Source of the DNA: a virus
Reading direction: 5' to 3' (one strand)
Virus record (IMG/VR): IMGVR_UViG_3300046692_000069
Location: 6,358 to 70,357 of that record
DNA length: 64,000 bases
Shown here: piece by piece, positions 46,026 to 55,607 of the stretch
Layout of the letters: the number at the start of each line of letters is the position of its first letter
How positions within the stretch are numbered: the first letter of the stretch is position 1
Made by a program: the position numbers and the translations under genes
The notes under the pieces: generated by a model
Seen by the model: only the letters and a program-made list of their open reading frames with translations
Told to the model about the DNA's origin: nothing
Database searches by the model: none

Positions 46026-46960
46026 TGGCTCCTGTACCAAAGCGCCAACACCTAACGACCGAGTACATATTTCGTGCGTATGAGGCGCAGGTTGAAGAGT
46101 GGGAATCGCTTGGTATTTCCGTTAGCGAGTGCGGGTTGGAATGCGACCGCGCGCTGTTTTATTCATTCCGCTGGGCGTCGCCGCACCAAAAGAAACCCGG
46201 CCGTATAATCAGGCGCATGGACACAGGCTCTCGCGAAGAGCCGCGACTGATTGGCGATCTACAGCTATCCGGTGTCGACGTAAGCGAACGCCAAAGGAAG
46301 ATGCTGTTTTGCGGTGGCCACGTTCGCGGCAAGGCGGATGCAGGTAAGGCCGTTGGCTTCATTGAGGCGCCGAAGGCTATCCACGCGCTGGAGACGAAAG
46401 CCCTCAATGCCAAGCGCTTCAGAGCCGCGCAAAAACATGGTTGCGCGAAAGCAGAGCCACTTCACTATGCTCAATGCCAGCTTGCAATGCATGCCTTCAG
46501 CCTAGAGCGTTGTGCTTATTTCATCTCCAACACCGATGATGACGACTTGCACCTTGAGCGAATCAAATACGATATCCATTACGCATCTAGGCTAGTCTCT
46601 CGTCTTCGGCGCATTATCGAGATGCAAAAGCCTCCGGGCAAGCTTTGTAGCGATATAGACGACCATCGCGGCATGTTCTGCAAGCATAAGAATGTGTGCT
46701 TTGGTGATAGGCTTATGTGCCAGACTTGCCGATCATGCATCTTTGCGAAGCCAGAGCTTGAAGGTGATGGCATATGGTCTTGTGAGCGCCATGAAGTTGT
46801 TTTGTCGACGGAAGAGCAAAAGGCCGCATGCCCGCAGCACCTCAATATCCCGGATACGGTTCCAGGCGAACTGGTGCGGATAAATAAAGACGAAGGAACA
46901 ATCACTTACAACATTCATGGCGTTGGTGAGTGGATTGATGGTCCAGTTGACATTGACTAG
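46025..46960 (+). CDS. Cas4-like PD-(D/E)XK exonuclease (phage recombination)
   Basis: GLECDRALFYSFRW, GH.RGKAD, LETK, HYAQCQLAMH, C-terminal Cys clusters. Confidence 0.85.
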   Translation: MAPVPKRQHLTTEYIFRAYEAQVEEWESLGISVSECGLECDRALFYSFRWASPHQKKPGRIIRRMDTGSREEPRLIGDLQLSGVDVSERQRKMLFCGGHVRGKADAGKAVGFIEAPKAIHALETKALNAKRFRAAQKHGCAKAEPLHYAQCQLAMHAFSLERCAYFISNTDDDDLHLERIKYDIHYASRLVSRLRRIIEMQKPPGKLCSDIDDHRGMFCKHKNVCFGDRLMCQTCRSCIFAKPELEGDGIWSCERHEVVLSTEEQKAACPQHLNIPDTVPGELVRINKDEGTITYNIHGVGEWIDGPVDID

Positions 46961-47013
46961 AGTTATCGCGTTCGGGTACTAATAGATTATCGAAGCACGA
47001 AAGGAGAAATGAC

Positions 47014-47292
47014 ATGGATTTCAAATTGTTGAGCGATGCCACAAAGACCAATGAGGCGTTCGCCGCTCATCCCGATATCGAGATTCGGGGCTATGCCATT
47101 AACGGCAAGAAACTTTTCGCCACGGCGGTCGCCGTCCATAAGCCGACTGGCCTAACTCTTGTTCGTCGCATCTTCTTCAATAAGAAGGGTGTGATTAAGA
47201 ATACTCGACAGTGGACCACGTCGCAGCCGGCCGCTGAATTTATGGCCGCCAACGGAGTTCCGGCCAATGCCGCTAAGGCGACAAATGAATAG
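47014..47292 (+). CDS. hypothetical protein
   Basis: GAAAGGAGA RBS. Confidence 0.7.
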   Translation: MDFKLLSDATKTNEAFAAHPDIEIRGYAINGKKLFATAVAVHKPTGLTLVRRIFFNKKGVIKNTRQWTTSQPAAEFMAANGVPANAAKATNE

Positions 47293-47551
47293 GGATGCGA
47301 TGCGGCAATTGATTGTCGAGGCCAAGCGCGACAAAGAGCCTATCATTCTTGAGAATGCATATGGCAAGGTAATCGGAGTCATTGGCGACGATGGTGATTG
47401 CTCCGTAACAAATGTCGACCCGCAAAGGCTAATGGCGGCAATGCTTGCTGACCCAGCTAGGCACGCAGCAAATAAAGATGCGAGAATGTCGCTGGTTAAG
47501 GCCGTAAATAGACAACGCATAAAGAAGTTTATGGCGTCTCTGTTTAATTGA
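47285..47551 (+). CDS. hypothetical protein
   Basis: Coupled ORF. Confidence 0.6.
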   Translation: MNRDAMRQLIVEAKRDKEPIILENAYGKVIGVIGDDGDCSVTNVDPQRLMAAMLADPARHAANKDARMSLVKAVNRQRIKKFMASLFN

Positions 47552-47589
47552 TTGATCAGACACCCATCACGAAAGGAAATAATACCATA

Positions 47590-48177
47590 ATGACAATTAC
47601 CGAAAGCGTTGCAATCCGTCCCGCATACATTGATGAGGCGGTTGTGAACTATACGCCAGCCCTGAAGTCTATGGCGGCGCGCCTGTTTAGGGCGAATGAT
47701 GATTTCACCAAGCAACTCCGGAATGAACTGGTCATCGAAACGCAAACTACAGCCCTTGAGAAGTGGGAAACATTTCGCGAGGACGGCGGGATCTATCTGT
47801 GGCTAATGTGGCGTATGCGGGATGTCCATAACCGTATGATGCGCGATCTAAAACGCCGAAGGCATACTTACTCGTATCAGAGCGCCAAGCTTGCCCATGA
47901 TGGCGCTGGAGGCAACACAGGCGGCACGGCGTCTGATGATCCAGACTATGTGCTGGGCAGGATAACGGATGGCATCGACCCAGCGCAGCACCATTCCCTT
48001 GAGGTTAAGCAGGCCATAGAGCACGCCATGAAGACGACTGAGGGTCGACAGCTACTCCAGTGGGCTATCGGGTACTCTCTTGACGAGATTGACGACACCG
48101 TGTCGCGGCAAGCCGTTAATCAACGCATCACACGCGCACGCAAGGCATTGACGGTGGCGATGAATGTCGCAGCCTAG
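47590..48177 (+). CDS. ECF-like sigma factor 2
   Basis: YTPALKSMAAR..ELV.ET..ALEKWETFREDGGIYLWL..MR; C-terminal GYSLDEI..VSRQAVNQRITRARKAL. Confidence 0.75.
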   Translation: MTITESVAIRPAYIDEAVVNYTPALKSMAARLFRANDDFTKQLRNELVIETQTTALEKWETFREDGGIYLWLMWRMRDVHNRMMRDLKRRRHTYSYQSAKLAHDGAGGNTGGTASDDPDYVLGRITDGIDPAQHHSLEVKQAIEHAMKTTEGRQLLQWAIGYSLDEIDDTVSRQAVNQRITRARKALTVAMNVAA

Positions 48178-48721
48178 CATTGATGAGCGTAACGATCGCA
48201 TTATGGCGTATTGGCCGGCAATCATTATGGCCGCGACAAAGCGTTATCCACGCAATCGAGAGGCGGCTTATGATTTGGCAGTCGACACCGTTATGGAGTG
48301 CAGAAAGAACTGGGATGGCTTTAGGGAGGATGGTGGATTCTACAATTGGATTATGTGGCAGTTGCGTGGCGCATTGAGCAGTAGGCTCAAGAGGCTACAT
48401 AGTGATAAGGCAACCGCAGAGCTCGATGCTACGCGAGGAGCTATATCTGATGGATTGGCTCTAGATATTGTTGTCGATCCTGCTTCTATGCCGCAAGCAT
48501 CCGTAAGTGCGAAAATGATGATCAATGATATCCTGAAGACAAACGAGGGTGAAGCTCTCGTGTTGACGGGAATGGGTTATAACTCTGATGAAATCGCAAG
48601 AATGATTAACAAGACGCCATCCAATGTGCGAAACATAATAGCGCATGGGCGAGCTAAGTTGAGAGGCGATTACATTGCAACCCCGCTACTACCAAAACGA
48701 GTCCATCGACTCCCTGTTTGA
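48164..48721 (+). CDS. ECF-like sigma factor 3
   Basis: AYDL..DT..KNWDGFREDGGFYNWI..LR; GYNSDEIARMINKTPSNVRNIIAHGRAKL. Confidence 0.75.
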   Translation: MSQPSIDERNDRIMAYWPAIIMAATKRYPRNREAAYDLAVDTVMECRKNWDGFREDGGFYNWIMWQLRGALSSRLKRLHSDKATAELDATRGAISDGLALDIVVDPASMPQASVSAKMMINDILKTNEGEALVLTGMGYNSDEIARMINKTPSNVRNIIAHGRAKLRGDYIATPLLPKRVHRLPV

Positions 48722-50450
48722 TTACTGGGATTCTGAGGCCGGCAATCCACTGATTGACCTAGCGACTGGCGCCGGCAAGTCGTTTGTTATGACGGGTATT
48801 ATTCGCCGACTACTTCGTGGGTGGTGCGACATGAGAATTGTCGTGGTAACCCACGTCAAGGAGCTAATTGAGCAGAATCACCAAGAGCTTATAGATGAAT
48901 GGCCGGAGGCGCCTGCTGGAATATACTCTGCTGGACTGGGTCGACGCGATTACCGCGCACAAATCCTGTTCGGCGGCATTCAAACAATATGGAACAAAAC
49001 CAACGAAATAGGCTTTGTCGATATCGTTCTTATCGATGAATGCCACCTCATAAGTCGTGACGCTGATGGGCGCTATGGCGCGTTCTTCGCAGAGCTACGC
49101 AAAGTCAATCCAGACTTGAAGATTGTCGGATTGACAGCCACTCCATATCGCCTTGACTCCGGTAGATTGGATGAGGGCGAAGATCGAATGTTCGATAAGG
49201 TTATCTACACCTACTCCATTGCCGATGGCGTTAGGGATGGTTATTTGACGCCGCTATCGACAAAGGAGACCGCTAGCGAGATTAGCACATTTGGAGTCAA
49301 GAAAGCCGGCAAGGACTTTCAAAAGACAGCACTTGGAAAGGCGGCCGACGAAATAACCGAGGCTGCAGTTGCTGAGATCGTTGCAAAGGGCCGCGATAGA
49401 CAGTCGTGGATGGCGTTTTGCTCTGGAAAGGAGCACGCGTATCACGTTCGGGACGCAATCAATCGTCACGGCATTACCTGTGAAGCCATTGTTGACGACA
49501 CGCCTAAAGGCGAGCGCCGCGACATCATCAGGGCATACAAGAACTATGAGATTCGTTGCCTCACAAACAATGCCGTCCTAACCACTGGATTTAACCACAA
49601 GGGCGTCGATTTGATTGCAGCCCTTCGCCCGACGCTATCCGTTTCTCTTTATCTCCAGATGATGGGACGCGGGACTCGTGCTATCTATCGCACTGGATTC
49701 GATGAACACGACCCAAAGTGGACGGCGGAAGATAGGCGCCAAGCTATTGCGGATGGCCCGAAGCCGACGTGCTTGATTTTGGACTTCGCCCGCCTAGTTG
49801 ATGAGCATGGCCCCGTAGACTCCGTTGTTGTTAGCGATCCGGGGTCTGGTGATGGAGAGGCCCCATCCAAGGTGTGCCCTCCTGAAACTCGCGAAGGTGC
49901 AAAAAGGGACAAGAACGGCATATTTGGTTGCGGGGAGAAGTTGCATGCTAGCGCTAGGTCATGTAAGTTCTGTGGATATGAATTTGAATTCGACACGGGG
50001 CCAAAGATTGATAGCACAGCAAGCGACAAGCCTATTATGTCGACAACTCCACCAGAGTGGCGGTATGTCCTAAATCGTCGGTTCAATCTAAACCAGAAAG
50101 GAGACGCGCCAAACATCAAGGTTTCATACATCAACGGCAAGTCTCAGATTTACGAATGGCTTGGACCGGCTCATAAGGGGCTGCTTCACAATAGGTTTAA
50201 GTCGTTCTGGCATGCGCATGGTGGTAAAGATCCGCTGCCGCGTGATGCCTTAGAATTTCTTGACCGGCAAAACGAGTTGAGGCAAACGCAAAGAATTCTA
50301 GTGACTCCCGGAAAGGGTGGTTACTGGAATATTAAAGATTATGATGTCGGCGCTATCGCTGATGAACGAAGCCTGTTCCAAAAGTTAAAGGGCGATCGCA
50401 AAGAGCGGCCGCCCTTGCTAGATGAAATGATGGATGAGATTCCATTTTGA
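48675..50450 (+). CDS. superfamily II DEAH-type helicase with C-terminal zinc finger (RadD-like)
   Basis: PRYYQ, ATGAGKS, IDECH, GLTATP, LTTGFN, LYLQMMGRGTR, C..C..CG; ends in DEIPF. Confidence 0.92.
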   Translation: MQPRYYQNESIDSLFDYWDSEAGNPLIDLATGAGKSFVMTGIIRRLLRGWCDMRIVVVTHVKELIEQNHQELIDEWPEAPAGIYSAGLGRRDYRAQILFGGIQTIWNKTNEIGFVDIVLIDECHLISRDADGRYGAFFAELRKVNPDLKIVGLTATPYRLDSGRLDEGEDRMFDKVIYTYSIADGVRDGYLTPLSTKETASEISTFGVKKAGKDFQKTALGKAADEITEAAVAEIVAKGRDRQSWMAFCSGKEHAYHVRDAINRHGITCEAIVDDTPKGERRDIIRAYKNYEIRCLTNNAVLTTGFNHKGVDLIAALRPTLSVSLYLQMMGRGTRAIYRTGFDEHDPKWTAEDRRQAIADGPKPTCLILDFARLVDEHGPVDSVVVSDPGSGDGEAPSKVCPPETREGAKRDKNGIFGCGEKLHASARSCKFCGYEFEFDTGPKIDSTASDKPIMSTTPPEWRYVLNRRFNLNQKGDAPNIKVSYINGKSQIYEWLGPAHKGLLHNRFKSFWHAHGGKDPLPRDALEFLDRQNELRQTQRILVTPGKGGYWNIKDYDVGAIADERSLFQKLKGDRKERPPLLDEMMDEIPF

Positions 50451-50464
50451 CAAAGGAGAATGAA

Positions 50465-50824
50465 ATGACTATCAAGACCGAAGCCCATAAGATCGCCGAT
50501 AACGCGCGCATTGCCAGCGGAATCAGGGTTACCGTACGCCGTGCTGACCTGTTCTCTTATCATCGCAATGAGGCGGCTGCTAGCGACATCGTCGGCCATG
50601 CTCGCGTTGATCTTGACGACCTTGGAATTTCGCTGAATGGCCTGAAGCTAGTCAAGTTCCGGGACGGCGGCAACTATCGAATCCAAGCCCCTCCCGCAAA
50701 GGTGAATTCCAGCATATACGCCGTGTTCATTGTGCCGGACAGTCCGCTTGAACTGGCTATCCGCACGGCGGTTATTGAGCGGTTTATTGAGATTTCCAAG
50801 GGTGCGGAGGACTTGCTGCAATGA
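50465..50824 (+). CDS. SpoVG-like nucleic-acid-binding protein
   Basis: ARVDLDD..I.LNG.KLV..G..I.AP..K, then a C-terminal helix AI..AVIE.F. Confidence 0.45.
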   Translation: MTIKTEAHKIADNARIASGIRVTVRRADLFSYHRNEAAASDIVGHARVDLDDLGISLNGLKLVKFRDGGNYRIQAPPAKVNSSIYAVFIVPDSPLELAIRTAVIERFIEISKGAEDLLQ

Positions 50825-51183
50825 AGTGCTACAAGTGCAACGGTTGCGGCAATCTAGTGATGGATGAATCCGCGTATCTAGCTGAGATCAAGGTGCGGGG
50901 TGCTTACTCTTGCTGCCCTGAAAGCAGATATGAGCCGTATGATACTGGTGAGTATGATCTTGAGCGCATGAGGTTCGATGTAGATGTAGCGGCTAGGTTC
51001 GGTGACCTTATGTTTATGTTCCGATGGTGCAGCACACCACAAGGGGCTAGTTATTAGTCGATGCAGTGCCAGCGACACGATGAAGGAAGAGATATAACGC
51101 AACTAGCCGTAGACGCTATCAATGACATGCTGCGGCAATATCGAGAGGAAGGGAACATTCATGGCTACGCGCAAAAATACTAA
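50821..51183 (+). pseudogene. hypothetical gene interrupted by an in-frame TAG at 51055-51057
   Basis: F.W.STPQG.SY-TAG where such motifs usually continue YW; frame stays open to TAA at 51183. Confidence 0.45.
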
Positions 51184-51940
51184 GAGCACCAAGGCAATTA
51201 CCGACGACGAAATTCCATCTATCGGCCACAATGGCGCGCCGGAAGACGATATCGACGTCAAGAAGGTTGCTGCCTTCAAGGATATTGACGATCTACTGGA
51301 AGAAACTTCGAACTGGGCGGATGGAGAGCCAATCACCAGCGAGACGATGCATGACGAGATCACTAAGCTTGTCGGGATGCTTAAGGATGCCGGCGACCGT
51401 GCAGACTGCATTCGCGTCGAGCTGAAGCGGCCGCACGACGTAGCCGCAAAGGCCGTGCAGGATGAATTTAATCCGTATGTGCAGAAAGACAAAGGCAAGG
51501 TCGATAAGGCAAAGCGCGTCCTCAATGAGCTTCTTACGGCTTGGCGCGTAAAGGTAGCTCGCGAGCAGGAAGCCATTGCCCAACGCTTGCGTGATGAGGC
51601 GAGCGCGGCGCGCGAAGAAGCCAACAAGGCTATCCAAAATAGTCGCGGCAATCTTATCGAGCGTGAGTATGCCGAGGACGATCTGAAGCGCGCCAAGGAA
51701 GATGAGGCGGCCGCCAATCGAGCGGCCCGCGATGCTGGCAAGGGCCTTGGTCTGCGCACGGTACTGTCGTCTGTTGTCCTTGATAAAGATGCCGGCGTCG
51801 GCATGGATTGGGCGTTTGACTTCGCTCCGGAAAAGTTCTATGAACTGGCTGAGCGACTAGCTTATGACCACGTCAGGACAAATCAGCTAGAACGTCTTGA
51901 CGGGTTCGTTATAACCAGAGAGAAGGTTGCGAGAGGATGA
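51161..51940 (+). CDS. conserved phage coiled-coil protein
   Basis: IGHNGAP, NWADGEPI, R.E.KRPH..Q..FNP. Confidence 0.75.
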   Translation: MATRKNTKSTKAITDDEIPSIGHNGAPEDDIDVKKVAAFKDIDDLLEETSNWADGEPITSETMHDEITKLVGMLKDAGDRADCIRVELKRPHDVAAKAVQDEFNPYVQKDKGKVDKAKRVLNELLTAWRVKVAREQEAIAQRLRDEASAAREEANKAIQNSRGNLIEREYAEDDLKRAKEDEAAANRAARDAGKGLGLRTVLSSVVLDKDAGVGMDWAFDFAPEKFYELAERLAYDHVRTNQLERLDGFVITREKVARG

Positions 51941-52319
51941 CAATGACAGAGCGCGCGAGGAATGGCGAATGACAGGCCACTACAAAAAGACAATTGCCGA
52001 TCTTGTCGAGAGTGGTGGGCTTGTTGAATATGTCACAATACCAGCGCCGCACCATTCACATTTCCCATTCTACAGCAGTTTCGTTGATTTCCATGGGAGG
52101 TTGCCTACTTCGGCTGAAGTCGGAGACTATCTCAACTCCGATAGTAAGGGGATGTACTTTCAGCGTTTTGGGCGCGGATTACGCAAGCCACCAATGATCG
52201 TTGATTATGCAGATCCATCTATGTTTCGCCTGCGTCCAAAATCCGTAACCGACTCGAAGCACTATCCAGACGGCATGGTGATACCGAAAGAGAGGGATAA
52301 TGTATTTAGAGCCGACTGA
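51927..52319 (+). CDS. hypothetical protein
   Basis: ORF filling the gap; contains YFQRFGRGLR. Confidence 0.55.
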   Translation: MREDDNDRAREEWRMTGHYKKTIADLVESGGLVEYVTIPAPHHSHFPFYSSFVDFHGRLPTSAEVGDYLNSDSKGMYFQRFGRGLRKPPMIVDYADPSMFRLRPKSVTDSKHYPDGMVIPKERDNVFRAD

Positions 52320-52521
52320 AGAGGAAAAGCGCGCCATTGCTGCGCTTCAAAGGATTGCAAAGAAGTGGCCTAAGTCTCTTTGGCTTTTTTCAGCATCTGG
52401 CTCTCTATGTGTCATGCGAACACTTCAAGGCGGCGAGCACGCTACAGAGCGTCACGGCGAGATAGACCCAGATTATCATCTGGCAACAATCGACATTCCT
52501 AATGATGGGGGTGACTGGTAA
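52300..52521 (+). CDS. hypothetical protein
   Basis: WPKSLWLFSASGSL.VM..IPNDGGDW. Confidence 0.7.
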   Translation: MYLEPTEEEKRAIAALQRIAKKWPKSLWLFSASGSLCVMRTLQGGEHATERHGEIDPDYHLATIDIPNDGGDW

Positions 52522-52522
52522 C

Positions 52523-52930
52523 ATGGCATTTGGAATACCTAGTGGTATCGGAGAAAACCTAGAGCTGCCATCTAATTGCTGGTTATGCGGCGCTGGTCAC
52601 GCTACAGGGATCGGCGCCAACGGCGATTGGGGCAAGCGCTATGGGAAGGACACTATCGAACCGAAGTGGCTTTGTGAAGAATGTAAGCATCTATGCGCGC
52701 GGGTTAAAGAAATGAAGCATTCTGATTTGTGGGAAGTGCACGCCCTTGATGGTGGAGTCGAGGCCGTTGGTGAATACCTTGATACTATCGGTATATTCAA
52801 CCTTGAGCACATGGATGGCCTTCAGGCTCGCATGATGGTTAAGGCCGCATGGCAGGGGTGCGCTAGAAAGCTGCGCAAGGACTTGGAAGAATCGTACGGC
52901 GAGCTGCCTCCGAAAGGGAGAAAGAAGTGA
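52523..52930 (+). CDS. Cys-containing hypothetical protein (DUF6511-like)
   Basis: CxxC..CxxC, then GGVEAVGEYL..IG; upstream of primase. Confidence 0.65.
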   Translation: MAFGIPSGIGENLELPSNCWLCGAGHATGIGANGDWGKRYGKDTIEPKWLCEECKHLCARVKEMKHSDLWEVHALDGGVEAVGEYLDTIGIFNLEHMDGLQARMMVKAAWQGCARKLRKDLEESYGELPPKGRKK

Positions 52931-55230
52931 AGTCAAAAGAAAAGACCCAAATGCACATTCTTGCGGAAGCCTACGCGGGCAAGCCGTGGGAATGGGACAT
53001 CTTTCCTGCTCGCGAAGAGGATCGTCGTGAATGGGATGAGATGCGCGGCGAAGAGGTGATGAAGCTTGAAAAGGCTCCATATCCAGCGCGTGGGCTTCGC
53101 GATGCCAAGCGCAGAGAGGCCGCCATTGAGGCTTGGTGGGGCCGTCTTCATCCGAATGCACTTGTTGCCCTGCCTACCGGTAGGGCGAATGACGTTTGGG
53201 TTCTTGATATTGACGTGCCGTCTAAAGACCACAAGGACGATGGCCGAGAATGGCTTGCTGAGATGGAAGATGAGCACGGCCCTCTGCCGCATACGCGAAT
53301 TGGCGTAACGGCTGGCGGTGGCTTGCATTACTATTTCAAGTATGTGGAGGGAATCGCGAATGGCTCCGGCCTAAGTTCTGGCCTTGGTCGTGGCGTTGAC
53401 GTGCGCGGCGAGGGCGGATATGTGGTCGCGCCGGGGTCCATCATGGCAGATGGTCGTTTCTATGAATGGAAAGACGATAACGCTCCGTTCGCCGACGCTC
53501 CGGATTGGCTGCTTGATATCGTTGTCAAGCGCAATGAGCGGCCTGAAGAGCCTCGCCAGCGCGCTTCTTCAGGATCAAACACCGATTATCGCCCATCGGG
53601 AGGAAACGACGCCTACGCGCGCACTGCGCTCGATGCTGAATGCCGAGACCTTGCGAGCATGGGTGAAGGTAGCGGGCGTGGCTTTGCGCTGAATAAGGCC
53701 GGCTTCAAGCTGGGGTCACTCGTTGCATCCGGGCACTTGTCTTACGACGAAGTCTATGGGGCGCTTCTTAATGCGGCCCACGATAACGGCCTAGTCAAGA
53801 CGGATGGTATTCGCGAGGTCGAGGCCAAGATTAGGCGCGGGCTGCAATCTGGTGGCAGAAAGCCACGCGATGTGCCAGAGGGCGACTATCAGGAAAACAA
53901 TCTGCGCCTACGTGACTTGAAGAAGGTTATCGAGCGCGGCCTTGAGAAGGGAAAAGACAGGGAGGATAGCGAGCGGGGAAACATCGACGCCGATGAAGAC
54001 GAATCGGCGGATGACGAGGAAGAGCTTGCAATCAAGATCACCCCGTTCAAGTACGTGGCTCCTAAAAACCTAAAGCGCCGGGAGTTCGTCTATGATGGCC
54101 ATTATGTACGCAAGTACGTTTCAGTTACCATCTCCCCCGGAGGCGTTGGCAAGACGTCGCTTAGCATTGCGGAAGCACTAGCAATGACTAGTGGCCTCAA
54201 TCTGCTTGGCTATGAAATTCCCGACAAGAAGCGCTTTAACGTGTGGCTATTCAACGCAGAAGATCCGCGCGACGAACTAGAGCGCCGAATCATGGCGTGC
54301 GCTGAATATTTCGGGCTTAAGCCAGATGACTACGAGGGCCGGCTGTTTGTCGATACTGGCCGCGAACAGGATCTTGTCATCATGCGCGAGGACAAGAAGA
54401 GCGGGCTAGTGACGGCGGAGCCTATCCTTGAGGCTGTTGTTCAGCACATGAAGCGCTACAAGATCGACGTCATGATTATCGATCCGTTCGTCTCTACTCA
54501 CGGCGTCAATGAGAACGACAATGGCGCTATCGACAAGGTTGCTAAGCTCTGGTCACAGGTGGCAGATTATACGAACTGTGCCGTAGAGATCGTGCACCAC
54601 GCCAAGAAGACGGGCGACAAAGCCGTTACGGTCGAGGATGCGCGCGGGGCGGTTGCGCTCTTGTCTGCCGCTAGATCGGCCCGCGTACTTAATCCTATGA
54701 CGGATGCCGAGGCGAAAGAAGCGGCAGTCAAGCTTGAGGATCGTCGTTCATACTTCAGCATTGAGATGGGCAAGGTCAACCTCCTGAAGAATCCGGGCAA
54801 GCGCAAATGGCGCAAGCTTGAGTCTGTCCCCCTCGGCAATGGTACGGGACGCGGTGGAGTCATCGGTCAGGATCATGCCGGCGTTGTGACTGAATGGCTT
54901 TGGCCAACAGCTAGCGAAGTGGCTGAGGAGCTTGACGAGAAAATTGAGAAGCTGATTATCATCAATCTTCGCAACAAGCTCTACAAGATGAGCCAGCGCA
55001 GCTCCGACTGGGCCGGCCATATGATCGGGCAGCTACTCGGTATCGAGACAGACAAGGATAGCAAGGACAACATTAATCGTTGCGAAAGCATCCTCCGGTC
55101 CTTGCATGAGCAGAAAAAGATTGCTAAGGTGCAAGAGGCTGTGGCACGGCGCACGGATAAGCAGTGGTTTTGGACCACTCCAGATGTGGCAATGAAGATG
55201 TTTGAAGATGCAAAGAAGGGTGATGAATGA
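52927..55230 (+). CDS. bifunctional primase-polymerase (Prim-Pol) fused to an AAA_25/RepA-like helicase
   Basis: PTG..VLDID, T.GGG.H.YF, DVRGEGGYVVAPGS; SPGGVGKT, NAED, IIDPF, VHHAKK, RGA. Confidence 0.9.
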   Translation: MKSKEKTQMHILAEAYAGKPWEWDIFPAREEDRREWDEMRGEEVMKLEKAPYPARGLRDAKRREAAIEAWWGRLHPNALVALPTGRANDVWVLDIDVPSKDHKDDGREWLAEMEDEHGPLPHTRIGVTAGGGLHYYFKYVEGIANGSGLSSGLGRGVDVRGEGGYVVAPGSIMADGRFYEWKDDNAPFADAPDWLLDIVVKRNERPEEPRQRASSGSNTDYRPSGGNDAYARTALDAECRDLASMGEGSGRGFALNKAGFKLGSLVASGHLSYDEVYGALLNAAHDNGLVKTDGIREVEAKIRRGLQSGGRKPRDVPEGDYQENNLRLRDLKKVIERGLEKGKDREDSERGNIDADEDESADDEEELAIKITPFKYVAPKNLKRREFVYDGHYVRKYVSVTISPGGVGKTSLSIAEALAMTSGLNLLGYEIPDKKRFNVWLFNAEDPRDELERRIMACAEYFGLKPDDYEGRLFVDTGREQDLVIMREDKKSGLVTAEPILEAVVQHMKRYKIDVMIIDPFVSTHGVNENDNGAIDKVAKLWSQVADYTNCAVEIVHHAKKTGDKAVTVEDARGAVALLSAARSARVLNPMTDAEAKEAAVKLEDRRSYFSIEMGKVNLLKNPGKRKWRKLESVPLGNGTGRGGVIGQDHAGVVTEWLWPTASEVAEELDEKIEKLIIINLRNKLYKMSQRSSDWAGHMIGQLLGIETDKDSKDNINRCESILRSLHEQKKIAKVQEAVARRTDKQWFWTTPDVAMKMFEDAKKGDE

Positions 55231-55592
55231 TGTATGGAAAGTATGTTGATTATGGTTTCGATATTTTCGCCCATTTTAGGGTCAGCAAGGGGCCTATCGT
55301 TCTTGGTAAGAGTGACTATCCATGGAGCGATGGATTGCCAGCAAAATCCGAAAAGAAAGCTAAGCGCAAAGCACAGGGCCGTGCGCGCATGAAGACGAGG
55401 CTTGCGCATCGCAAGGTGTCTCAGTTCGCTAAAAGGAAACGTCTTCGTTCGTGGCGCTTTATGCGTCCTGATATTGCTGCTACTCTATTTTATCATTCAT
55501 TCATCACTAGCCAAGAAGATCGCCATGCGATGGGGTTGACAAAAAACCCTATTCGCCTTTGGGAATCTTCCCCGTCCACTGCTCGCGTATAA
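55227..55592 (+). CDS. basic hypothetical protein
   Basis: ATGA-coupled ORF. Confidence 0.5.
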   Translation: MMYGKYVDYGFDIFAHFRVSKGPIVLGKSDYPWSDGLPAKSEKKAKRKAQGRARMKTRLAHRKVSQFAKRKRLRSWRFMRPDIAATLFYHSFITSQEDRHAMGLTKNPIRLWESSPSTARV

Positions 55593-55607
55593 TCACAAGG
55601 AGACCGC

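Noticed and set aside
46025-46960. Cas4-like gene as part of a CRISPR-Cas system
   Set aside because: No other cas genes or repeat-spacer array; it sits in a Sak4-SSB-exonuclease recombination module.
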